DNA of 64,000 bases from an uncultured Desulfohalobiaceae bacterium (GTDB lineage Bacteria > Desulfobacterota > Desulfovibrionia > Desulfovibrionales > Desulfothermaceae): contig CAZNIP010000004.1 in NCBI GenBank assembly GCA_964573115.1, positions 1,190 through 65,189 of the forward strand. Reading direction: 5' to 3'. How positions within the stretch are numbered: the stretch's first letter is position 1; the number at the start of each line of letters is the position of its first letter. The position numbers and the translations under genes are program-made. The notes below the pieces were generated by a model, which saw nothing but the letters and a program-made list of their open reading frames with translations, had not been told where the DNA came from and made no database searches. Positions 1 through 7,720 of this stretch are shown here, in pieces.

Positions 1-1143
1 CTGGTTGCAGACCACGAAGGCGTATTCAAAGACGCTCTTGAGCTCACGGATGTTTCCAGGCCATTGATATCCATAGAGGATATTCATGGCCTCCCGGCTG
101 ATGCCCTGGACGTTCTTGCCGGTCTTGGCCTTCAAGCGGTGGAAGAACGTCTCCGCCAGGAGGGGAAGGTCGTCCAGCCTTTCCCTCAGAGGCGGGAGGT
201 GGATGGGAATGACGTTGACCCGGTAGTAGAAGTCCTCCCTGAACATTCCGGCCTGGACCAGCTCGTGGAGGTCCTTGTTCGTGGCCGTGATGATCCGCAC
301 ATCCACCGGGATGGGCCGGTGATCCCCGACCCGTTCGACGACCCTCTCCTCCAGGACCCGCAGAAGCTTCACCTGGGTTGACAGGGGGATGTCCCCGATC
401 TCGTCCAGGAAGATGGAACCCCCATGGGCAGCCTCGAATCGACCTTCCCGGCTGGTCATCGCCCCGGTGAACGCCCCCTTGACGTGCCCGAAGAGCTCGC
501 TCTCCAGGAGGGACTCCGGGAGAGCCGCGCAGTTGACCTTGATCAGGGGTTTGTCCTTTCTGTCGCTTGCCGTATGGATGGCCTGGGCCACGAGCTCCTT
601 GCCGGTTCCGCTCTCTCCGGTGATGATCACCGGGGCGTCAGACAGCGCGGCGTTGGGAATGAGGTCGAAAACCCTCTGTATGGCGGCAGAATGACCCAGA
701 ATCCCGAACGAGGCGCCCCCCGTTCCCAGCTCCTGGCGGCAGGCCTCGAGCTGCTGCTCCTTTTCCACCACCTCGGAGAGGTCGGTCAGCGTCTCCACGG
801 CACCGATCATGGCCCCGTCCTTGCCCGCCAGCACCGAGGCGTTCTTGAGCACAGGAATGAATCGCCCGTCCTTGTGCTGGATGGTGCAGTGGCGCATGCG
901 GACCTTCCTGGTGCGAAACAGGGAGCACCAGTAATGCTTCTCCTCCTTCCTGACCTTCCAGCACATGTCGCAGTTGAAGATCAGGCAGGAGCTCCCCAGG
1001 ATCTCCTGCCTGGAGTAGCCGGTCAGCCGTTCCATGCCGGAGTTGACGGAGACGATTTTTCCGTCGGGGCTGACAACCATGACCCCCTCGTGGATCGTGT
1101 CCACCACGGTCTTCCAGTACATGTTCAAGTCTTGTTCAAACAT
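1..1143 (-). CDS. sigma-54-dependent transcriptional activator, PAS sensor + AAA+ domain (C-terminal HTH cut off by the left window edge)
   Basis: Absent from the ORF track because it runs off the edge. Hand translation of the reverse strand from ATG 1143-1141 gives MFEQDLNMYWKTVVDTIHEGVMVVSPDGKIVSVNSGMERLTGYSRQEILG... It then shows Walker A GESGTGKEL, ESELFGHVKGAFTGA (GAFTGA sigma-54 contact motif) and IITATNKDL. It is a paralog of 13838-15319 and 35337-36674. Confidence 0.9.
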   Translation of the reverse strand, partial: MFEQDLNMYWKTVVDTIHEGVMVVSPDGKIVSVNSGMERLTGYSRQEILGSSCLIFNCDMCWKVRKEEKHYWCSLFRTRKVRMRHCTIQHKDGRFIPVLKNASVLAGKDGAMIGAVETLTDLSEVVEKEQQLEACRQELGTGGASFGILGHSAAIQRVFDLIPNAALSDAPVIITGESGTGKELVAQAIHTASDRKDKPLIKVNCAALPESLLESELFGHVKGAFTGAMTSREGRFEAAHGGSIFLDEIGDIPLSTQVKLLRVLEERVVERVGDHRPIPVDVRIITATNKDLHELVQAGMFREDFYYRVNVIPIHLPPLRERLDDLPLLAETFFHRLKAKTGKNVQGISREAMNILYGYQWPGNIRELKSVFEYAFVVCNQ

Positions 1144-1326
1144 AACCCGTCATCTGCCTTGAATTGGACAAGTGTTCAATTCTGAATAGCATCTGAACAG
1201 CTCCTTGCCAACACCTGATCCACGAACCCTCCTGGCATTGGACAGGAAGCCTGAGATTTCAGAGGTTTGTTGTTTCTTTTCCAGATGTCCGCCCCCCCTT
1301 TCGCCCAGAGCGGGATGTTCCTCAGC

Positions 1327-1342
1327 TGGCATTGATATTGCT
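1327..1342 (+). promoter_or_regulatory. sigma-54 (-24/-12) promoter candidate for the tusA/dsrE-like cluster
   Basis: TGGCATtgataTTGCT matches TGGCAC-N5-TTGCW with the correct spacing. It lies in the divergent region next to an enhancer-binding-protein gene. The caveat is that it sits about 270 nt upstream of the first convincing CDS (1615). Confidence 0.6.
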
Positions 1343-1614
1343 CTTTCAGGGTGCAAGGAGGTCATCCATGAGGTTTCAGCACCTCGCAGGTTATCAGGTC
1401 TTTGTCTTCTCGAGTGGTCAGGCCCTCGTGTCGCGTCCGAGAACAGAGCATAAGCTCATGAAAGTTCCAGAAACCCGACGCTCTGAACGGCCAGCAGGCC
1501 GTCCACGCCGCCAATGACGGCGAAAGCGAGCTGAAAACCGCGTTTTTCAGCGAAGCGATCTTCCGCGAAATGAATTCACATGCATTTCGCGAACATCACC
1601 CTAGGAGCGCGTGA

Positions 1615-1863
1615 ATGACCGGATGCGGAGGACATCGTCTCGATTTGAAAGGTCTGGTGAGCCCTTTTGTCCATCTCAAGGTCATACAGCAGGTTCAAGA
1701 GCTCAACCCGGGGGACTCGCTGCATCTCGAGCATATCGACCCCGAGACCATCCACGACCTCATGGCCATTCTGAAGCACTACCCTCTTGAGCTGGGCCCG
1801 GTTACGGAAAGGGAAGGCTCCTGCGGGCTGCAAATCACCAAGAACACATCAACACCCTTGTAA
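1615..1863 (+). CDS. TusA/SirA-fold small protein, non-canonical (Ser replaces the CPxP cysteine)
   Basis: 82 aa. DLKGLVSPFVHLKV aligns with the TusA motif D-x-x-G-L-x-C-P-x-P but has S instead of C. An AGGAG RBS lies 8 nt upstream. The gene is directly followed by a canonical tusA. Confidence 0.6.
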   Translation: MTGCGGHRLDLKGLVSPFVHLKVIQQVQELNPGDSLHLEHIDPETIHDLMAILKHYPLELGPVTEREGSCGLQITKNTSTPL

Positions 1864-1878
1864 CAACGGAGGACAACC

Positions 1879-2124
1879 ATGGACGTTCAAAGCATTCAAG
1901 CCGACCAGGTTCTGGACACCAGCGGATTGAGCTGCCCCATGCCCCTGCTCAAGACCAAGAAAGTGCTCAAGACCATGTCTGCTGGTCAGGTCCTGGAAAT
2001 CATCGGAACAGACCCGGGATCCAAGAATGACATTCCTGAATACTGCAACAAGGGAAATGCTGAGTTCCTCGGCTTCGTGGACGAGGAAGGGGGCCGGACC
2101 CGCTACTTTGTCAAAGTCACCTGA
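1879..2124 (+). CDS. tusA: TusA-family sulfur carrier protein
   Basis: 81 aa with DTSGLSCPMPLLKTKK, the canonical GLxCPxP active-site motif. A GGAGGA RBS is present. Confidence 0.85.
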   Translation: MDVQSIQADQVLDTSGLSCPMPLLKTKKVLKTMSAGQVLEIIGTDPGSKNDIPEYCNKGNAEFLGFVDEEGGRTRYFVKVT

Positions 2125-2142
2125 GCTTTCAGGAGAAGAAAG

Positions 2143-2430
2143 ATGAAATCAATCATCGTGCTCATCAAAGATCCGGAGCAGCAGTACGAGGGCCTGAGAA
2201 CGAGTCTTGGGGCCCTGTTGGAGATGGCCTCGGTGTCCATGGTCGTCCTGAACCACGAAGTGGCCGACATGGATGAGGCCTACAGCGAAAACATGGAGTT
2301 CCTGGATGAAATGGAAGGGGAACGGTTCTCCAACCACCAGGCCAATGTGGACAAGTATGGGTTTCAGCCCATCACCATGGCCGAACTGGGCCGCAAGGTG
2401 AGAGAAGCGGATATCGTCATTCCTTTCTGA
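2143..2430 (+). CDS. DsrE/DsrF (TusC/D)-fold-like small protein, no obvious catalytic Cys
   Basis: 95 aa beginning MKSIIVLIKDPEQQYEGLRTSLGALLE..., the size and N-terminal beta-alpha pattern typical of the DsrEFH family. It sits between tusA and a DsrE-like gene. The assignment rests on pattern recognition only. Confidence 0.5.
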   Translation: MKSIIVLIKDPEQQYEGLRTSLGALLEMASVSMVVLNHEVADMDEAYSENMEFLDEMEGERFSNHQANVDKYGFQPITMAELGRKVREADIVIPF

Positions 2431-2442
2431 TGGAGGAGAACT

Positions 2443-2613
2443 ATGGATGTGCTGCATGTGTGTCGCACCGAACCGGACGAAACCGTGTCGACGCTCATTG
2501 ACGAAGTGTCCGGGCCGGAGGCGGTGACCCTGGACCTCTTCAAGGAGGACGTGGACTGGAATGAGGTCGTGGACGCCATCTTCAAGGCGGACAAAGTGAT
2601 CAGCTGGTGGTGA
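2443..2613 (+). CDS. 56-aa small protein in the sulfur-relay cluster (DsrH/TusB-like position)
   Basis: Below the ORF-track size cutoff and found by hand. A GGAGGAG RBS precedes ATG 2443. The product is MDVLHVCRTEPDETVSTLIDEVSGPEAVTLDLFKEDVDWNEVVDAIFKADKVISWW, with stop TGA at 2611-2613. It is tightly packed between neighbouring genes. Confidence 0.4.
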   Translation: MDVLHVCRTEPDETVSTLIDEVSGPEAVTLDLFKEDVDWNEVVDAIFKADKVISWW

Positions 2614-2668
2614 ACACTGCCAGCCTGGATGGCCTCAGGGAAACCTTTAACCAGGCAGGACAGCGACA

Positions 2669-2977
2669 ATGGCTCAATTACTCGGCATCATGGTCAGTTC
2701 GGACAAGCACCTGGACTATGTGGTCAACCTCACTCGGGCAGCCCATGCTCAGGGACACCAGGTCAAGGTCTTCTTCACCGGCAGATCGGTCCTGCTGACC
2801 CAGGAAGAGGATTTCAAGCAGCTGGTGGGCAAGGCCCTGCTCTATGTCTGCGACGTGAGCTTCCGGGCCAACGGCCTGGAAGGCAAAGAGGTCCCGGGGG
2901 TGGGGTTCAAGGAGTTCGTGACCCAGGCCCGCAATGCGGAGATGCTCGAGGAGTGCAACCGCTACCTGGTGCTTTGA
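2669..2977 (+). CDS. DsrE-like protein with candidate active-site cysteine
   Basis: 102 aa. The opening MAQLLGIMVSSDKHLDYVVNLTRAA... and LLYVCDVSFRANGL resemble the DsrE/TusD Cys loop. Confidence 0.6.
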   Translation: MAQLLGIMVSSDKHLDYVVNLTRAAHAQGHQVKVFFTGRSVLLTQEEDFKQLVGKALLYVCDVSFRANGLEGKEVPGVGFKEFVTQARNAEMLEECNRYLVL

Positions 2978-3027
2978 AAGCCGACCCGGGCCCTGGCCTG
3001 GATGACGGAAGAAGCAAGGGAGGTGAC

Positions 3028-3501
3028 ATGAGGGCCAGGGAGATCATGGACACAACTTTTGAAACCCTGCGCCCGGACAACACTGTTGCCGAGGCGGTGC
3101 AGCGGTTTTCCGCGGTCAGCAGCACCCTGGGCCGGAAGATGTTCGGGCTCATGGTCACGGACGGCGAAGAGCGGCTTGTGGGCATGCTCTCCATGTACGA
3201 CATCCTCCTGTTCATTCAGCCCAAGCATGTCCATATCTGGGGTGAAATGGACGATCTGGAGCCGACTGCGCTCTTTGACGAACTCCTGGGCAAGGTCAAG
3301 AACATTCACGTCGGGGACATCATGACCACCGACGTGGTGACCATTCACCCCGAAACCCACGTTCTGCTCATCGTCGACCTGATGCTCAAAAAGCACATCC
3401 GGCGCCTGCCCGTGGTGGACGGGGACAGCGTGGTGGGCATCGTCTATGTCTCGGATGTCTTCTATCAGCTCATGGGCAGGATCGTTGAACCCCACTCCTG
3501 A
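3028..3501 (+). CDS. CBS-domain pair protein
   Basis: MRAREIMDTTFETLRPDNTVAEAV...VGDIMTTDVVTIHPETHVLLIVDLMLKKHIRRLPVVDGDSVVGIV shows two CBS repeats. A GGGAGG RBS precedes ATG 3028. The longer track ORF from 2629 overlaps the dsrE-like gene and is rejected. Confidence 0.8.
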   Translation: MRAREIMDTTFETLRPDNTVAEAVQRFSAVSSTLGRKMFGLMVTDGEERLVGMLSMYDILLFIQPKHVHIWGEMDDLEPTALFDELLGKVKNIHVGDIMTTDVVTIHPETHVLLIVDLMLKKHIRRLPVVDGDSVVGIVYVSDVFYQLMGRIVEPHS

Positions 3502-3518
3502 CCACAGAGGGCCGGGCT

Positions 3519-4409
3519 ATGGTCGTCATCAACAGGAAAAGCGTCCTCAGCGGCATCCTGGTGCAGGAGGTCATGCGCAGGCAGGTCGTCTCCCTGAGTC
3601 TGGAAGCCAGCATCAAGAAAGGCATCAACGCCTTGATCAAGTACAAGGTCAATGCCGTGCTCGTCACCGACCAGGGCGGGCAGCCCCAGGGGGTGGTCAC
3701 GGGAACCGACCTCATGTCCGCATTTTACGCCGGACTGCCCCTGGAGATGGAGCTGGAGAACATCCTCTCCAGCCCTCCCCTGAGCTGTTTCCCGGACGAT
3801 GTCCTGGAAGACGGTCTCGACCTGATGAAAGAGCACCTGGTGCATCAGGTCTACGTTCAGGGAGAGCAGCCCCGGAGGATCGTCGGCTTCCTGGCCTACT
3901 CCGACATCGTGGGCCTTTTGTACCGGACCTGCTGGGCCTGCAGGCGCAACCTCCACAAGTCCAGAGATGGTCAGAAGGACGGCGGCGGGACCAGACCCCT
4001 TCGGGTTGAGGAGGTCATGACCCGGGGGGTGGCCTCGTCCCGGACCGACCAGAGCCTGGACCAGGTCATCGAGACCCTGTCCGAAAACCGTTTCGGCGCG
4101 GTTCTGCTGCAAAATGACCAGGCCATGGCTCAAGGGGTGGTTTCCAAAACCGACCTGGTCCTGGCCTATGCCCACGGGCTCAGCCTGGGCACAAAGGCTG
4201 AGCAGATCATGAGCTCCCCAGTGCTGACCTGCGGCCAGTCCGACCTCTTGACCACGGCCCTGCAGAAAATGCTCCTCTGGGACACACGGCGGATCTTCAT
4301 CGCCCAGGACGACTCCCCTTCCATTGTCGGCGTTCTGTCCCTGTCCGATGCGGCCAGATTCCGCTCCGGCTCCTGTCTGGCCTGCACAGCCGGCAGGCTG
4401 ATGGCCTGA
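3519..4409 (+). CDS. four-CBS-domain protein with Cys-rich inserts
   Basis: 296 aa with repeated (V/I)M..xVV(S/T)... CBS signatures. It also carries CWACRRN and a C-terminal SGSCLACTAG motif. Confidence 0.8.
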   Translation: MVVINRKSVLSGILVQEVMRRQVVSLSLEASIKKGINALIKYKVNAVLVTDQGGQPQGVVTGTDLMSAFYAGLPLEMELENILSSPPLSCFPDDVLEDGLDLMKEHLVHQVYVQGEQPRRIVGFLAYSDIVGLLYRTCWACRRNLHKSRDGQKDGGGTRPLRVEEVMTRGVASSRTDQSLDQVIETLSENRFGAVLLQNDQAMAQGVVSKTDLVLAYAHGLSLGTKAEQIMSSPVLTCGQSDLLTTALQKMLLWDTRRIFIAQDDSPSIVGVLSLSDAARFRSGSCLACTAGRLMA

Positions 4410-4439
4410 GCCTGACGGGCTGCGCCCCTTGAAAGCGCG

Positions 4440-6254
4440 TCACTTGCCTCTCAGACGCACTGGGCACCCCTCCGCCTTTCCCTGTCTGAGCTTTCGGAGG
4501 CTCAGGGCGAAGTCGTCATACACGGGGTCGATGTACTGATCATGGCAGGCCAGGCAGGGGCCCGGCCTGAGAATGGCCTCGAGCTCGGCCCGGGTCCAGG
4601 GTCGCCGGTCTGGCCTGGAGGCTGTGTGCAGCCGGGTTCCGTTGAGGCTGCCAAAGGCCTCGGGCGGGACATCCAGGCCAAAACCAGACCTCCTTGAATC
4701 GTACAGGGGATCGAAAGAGACCCCTTCCGGGCCAGTGAGCAGGTGCCCCTCCCCCAGGCCCAGGGCCTTGGGGTCCAGATGGCATTCAGCGCAGGTCCTG
4801 GCCGAGGGCTGGGTGGTGTGGGGGTCAAAGGTGGTCATGGCCGGAATGGTCTTCGAGGCCTCGGGCTGATGCCGGCCCTGCCGGTCGAAGACCGAGACGA
4901 AGACCTGGCAGGGGGCAAAAGGAACCACCTCTGCCCCGTCCACCCCGAGAATCGGTTGGGTCAGGCGCATGTAGGAACGGCCCTCGTTCCAGTGCCCCCT
5001 GGTCTCCTGGCCGGACAGCTTGTCCAACTGGACCTCGTCCTTTCTGTATTCCAGGTGACAGCCGTAGCACTGGGGCATGAGCCTGCTGTGGCAGGCCTGG
5101 CAGCTGAGCCGTTCGTGGCCCGGCAGGTTGTGGTGGGGTTGGGACAGGTCAGTGGACTCCATGAAAATCGGCTTCCCGTCCAGCTTGCGGAACAGGACCG
5201 CCCGGCCGTCAATGGAGCGCAGGTGGTACAGGGGGGCGGATCGCGGAGAATAGGCGATCCTGGCCCCCTTGATCCCGGGCACGGCCCGGTTCAGGCCGGC
5301 CAGGGTCACAGCCAGGCCGTCCCCGGGCCGGACAGCCTCGAACTCCGGGGCATGGCACATCTCGCAGCTGATTTCGGTCTGCTCCTCCATATACTCATGG
5401 GTCTGCCCGTCGCCCATGATCTCCAGATGGGTATGGCAGTCGATGCAGGTCAGGCCCAGATCAAAGTGGACATCGGCCGGCCCCTGGATGAAGTAGCGCC
5501 CCCCTGAGAGCCTCCTGGTCCCAGGGGCCCCCCGCACGTAGGGTGTGCCGTACCCTTCCGACTCGAACCTGCCCTGATAGGACAGACCCTGCCTGGCTGA
5601 ACGGTTGTGACAGCGCAGGCAGTTGTCAGCCGGGACCCTGACCGAGAGCCGGGCATGATCGAAGGTCATCAGGGTCGGATCGTCCGCGGTGTCGCCTTTG
5701 CCGACCACATGGCAGGCCGAGCACCCCCCGCCCCGCTGGCCGATCTCCCCTTCACCTTCCCGGGGCTTCCAGAGGTGGCAGGAGGCGCACATCTTGGCGA
5801 ACTGATCCTCGGCCAGACTGAGCCTGGCCGGATCCTCGAGCATCCGGGGCACATCCCGGGGCGCGGCCGCAAGCTGGCCATCGGTTTCCCAGTGATAGGA
5901 GAGGGTGTTCAAAATACCCTTGTTCGTGGCCATGATCGACGACTTGACCCTGGGCACGATCTCAGGGTGGCACTCGGCGCGGCCGCAGGTTTGCCTGGCG
6001 AAGTGAAGGTCCCCGGGGTTGATGACCATCCCGGCGTGGGCCCTCTCCTTGTCCAGAGAGCTGGGATTGCCCAGGTGGCAGACCGCGCATCCCAGGGCCG
6101 AGACCGGGTGGGACGGGTCGGGGTCGCTGACCTCAGGGTGGCAGACCAGGCAACCCTCCTGGTAGGGCTCTTCGGGCCTGGGCCGGAGCATGTCCTGGAC
6201 CATGACCACCGCCCCCAGAAGGACGAAGCTCAGGAGCAGAAGGGACCCCTTCAC
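4440..6254 (-). CDS. periplasmic multihaem c-type cytochrome
   Basis: 604 aa with an N-terminal signal/TM segment. I counted 11 CxxCH motifs (CLVCH, CAVCH, CASCH, CSACH, CLRCH, CIDCH, CEMCH, CQACH, CYGCH, CAECH, CLACH) plus one CxxxxCH (CGRAECH). Confidence 0.9.
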   Translation of the reverse strand: MKGSLLLLSFVLLGAVVMVQDMLRPRPEEPYQEGCLVCHPEVSDPDPSHPVSALGCAVCHLGNPSSLDKERAHAGMVINPGDLHFARQTCGRAECHPEIVPRVKSSIMATNKGILNTLSYHWETDGQLAAAPRDVPRMLEDPARLSLAEDQFAKMCASCHLWKPREGEGEIGQRGGGCSACHVVGKGDTADDPTLMTFDHARLSVRVPADNCLRCHNRSARQGLSYQGRFESEGYGTPYVRGAPGTRRLSGGRYFIQGPADVHFDLGLTCIDCHTHLEIMGDGQTHEYMEEQTEISCEMCHAPEFEAVRPGDGLAVTLAGLNRAVPGIKGARIAYSPRSAPLYHLRSIDGRAVLFRKLDGKPIFMESTDLSQPHHNLPGHERLSCQACHSRLMPQCYGCHLEYRKDEVQLDKLSGQETRGHWNEGRSYMRLTQPILGVDGAEVVPFAPCQVFVSVFDRQGRHQPEASKTIPAMTTFDPHTTQPSARTCAECHLDPKALGLGEGHLLTGPEGVSFDPLYDSRRSGFGLDVPPEAFGSLNGTRLHTASRPDRRPWTRAELEAILRPGPCLACHDQYIDPVYDDFALSLRKLRQGKAEGCPVRLRGK

Positions 6255-6255
6255 G

Positions 6256-7158
6256 TCAAACCCCTCTCTGAAGGAGGACCAGACCGGTGAGCGCAGCGTA
6301 GACGCCCAGGGATCCCAAAAAGGTCAGCCTGGCAGCCTGCTCCGCCCTGCCCGACATCAAGGGCAGGCCAAGAAAGAGGGCTGCGGCGCAGGCCGGGAGC
6401 ACCACCCCGGCCCACAGCGGAGGCAGGTGCTTGAGCATCTCCTGGAGTCCGAGGAAGAACCAGGGCCCGGAGGCCTCATGAATCTCGGCCTCCGGAGGCA
6501 GAGCCAGGGGCATGGGAATCATGATGGCCCCCAGGGCGCAGACCAGGAGCGCCACAGTCATGTAACGGACTCGGGGGAGCCAGGACCGGATATGGTTCTT
6601 CAGCAGCACCAGGAGGAGAAGCGGCAGCAGCCAGCAGTGCCAGAGGTATGGCGGAAAAAAGAAGTCCTGGCCGCTCCCGATGAGGAGGCGGGCCAGAGTT
6701 TCCCCCGCCAGGGGGATGGAGCTGGAGAGATTCTGCAGGATGGTGCCGGCCAGGATCCCCTCCTTGTCCCCTTTGAGCACAAAGCCGGTGAACAGGAGAA
6801 GCAGGGCCAGGGCCGAAGCCAGCCAGAGACGGGCCCATTCAGTCAGGGAAACCACCCGGTGGTTGCGGCGCAGGAAGTGGTCCAGGACATGGAGCAGGGT
6901 CAGGACCACGCAGGCCTCTCCGGACAGGAAATGGAGCCTTCGAAAGAACCACCCGAAGGGGATGCGGGTGGTGATGCTCTCCACCCGGGCAAAGACATCC
7001 CCCCAGGGGTGAAACTGAAAGGCCAGAATGAGCCCGGACCCGAGACAGAAGATGCCTGTGGCCAGGGCCATGCGCGGCAGTACCGGGCTGATCCGCCTGT
7101 GATCCTTGATCAAGGCTGCTGCTTTGCCAAAGACAGAACGGGTATGAAATGTCATCAC
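6256..7158 (-). CDS. cytochrome b subunit (bc1/b6-type four-helix di-haem domain)
   Basis: 300 aa and polytopic. RRLHFLSGEACVVLTLLHVLDHF provides the helix B His pair, and WHCWLLPLLLLVLLKNH provides a second His pair 14 residues apart. It lies adjacent to the Rieske gene. Confidence 0.8.
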   Translation of the reverse strand: MMTFHTRSVFGKAAALIKDHRRISPVLPRMALATGIFCLGSGLILAFQFHPWGDVFARVESITTRIPFGWFFRRLHFLSGEACVVLTLLHVLDHFLRRNHRVVSLTEWARLWLASALALLLLFTGFVLKGDKEGILAGTILQNLSSSIPLAGETLARLLIGSGQDFFFPPYLWHCWLLPLLLLVLLKNHIRSWLPRVRYMTVALLVCALGAIMIPMPLALPPEAEIHEASGPWFFLGLQEMLKHLPPLWAGVVLPACAAALFLGLPLMSGRAEQAARLTFLGSLGVYAALTGLVLLQRGV

Positions 7159-7177
7159 AGGCGTTCAGATTTCGGGT

Positions 7178-7232
7178 GTCAGCCCTGCCTCTGGCCTGGG
7201 CTGACAGGTTCAGGGTTCAAGGTTGAGGAGGG
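7178..7232. repeat. intergenic hairpin (GCCTCTGGC apex) plus GGTTSA-type short repeats, inside the Rieske-cyt b spacer
   Basis: gtcagccctgcctctggcctgggctgac is followed by aggttcagggttcaaggttgaggagggg. The same architecture occurs at 21508-21566, 48268-48323 and 63470-63530. Confidence 0.8.
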
Positions 7233-7303
7233 GAAAGTTCCCGACGTGACCAGCAGGATCTCGACTCGGCCAGGTTGATCAGCCAAGAAACTTGACTCCA
7301 GAA

Positions 7304-7720
7304 TCAAGTTTCATACGAGCCCCTGACGGGCAGAATGACCTCCAGGTCACCACTGTCAAGCCTTTGCGATTCAAGGACGGCCAGATCGGACCTGGCCGGG
7401 CCCCTGAGGCGCTTGCCCTGCAGGTCGTAGGCGCTCCCGTGGCAGGGGCAGACAAACTCTTTTTCAGCCTCATTGAAGTGGACCCAGCATCCCAGGTGGG
7501 TGCACCTGGCGGACAGGGCCTGCAGGGATTCCCCCTTGGGAATCAGGATGGCCCCGTCCCGACTGGCGAAGGGAGACAGCTCCGGGGCGGGGAACACGAC
7601 CCGGCGGACGGTGCGCTCCTGCCAGGTGACAAAGCGCAGGATGGGCCAGCCCCAGAAAGCCAGCCCGGCAGCCCAGACGGTCGAGCCCAGGAGCCATTGC
7701 AGGAAGCGCTGCCTGGTCAT
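7304..7720 (-). CDS. Rieske [2Fe-2S] protein
   Basis: Carries CTHLGC...CPCHGS cluster-binding boxes. The N-terminus MTRQRFLQWLLGSTVWAAGLAF is Tat-like and hydrophobic. ATG 7720 overlaps the upstream stop (ATGA at 7717-7720). The longer track ORF reaching 8089 is rejected. Confidence 0.9.
   Translation of the reverse strand: MTRQRFLQWLLGSTVWAAGLAFWGWPILRFVTWQERTVRRVVFPAPELSPFASRDGAILIPKGESLQALSARCTHLGCWVHFNEAEKEFVCPCHGSAYDLQGKRLRGPARSDLAVLESQRLDSGDLEVILPVRGSYET

Noticed and set aside
1368-1517. A 49-codon ORF (MRFQHLAGYQVF...) with a perfect AAGGAGG RBS right after the sigma-54 promoter at 1327.
   Set aside because: By my hand count its third-position GC is about 53%, well below that of neighbouring genes. 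The product is basic and featureless. It may be a leader peptide or non-coding 5' UTR, but this is not enough to call a gene.
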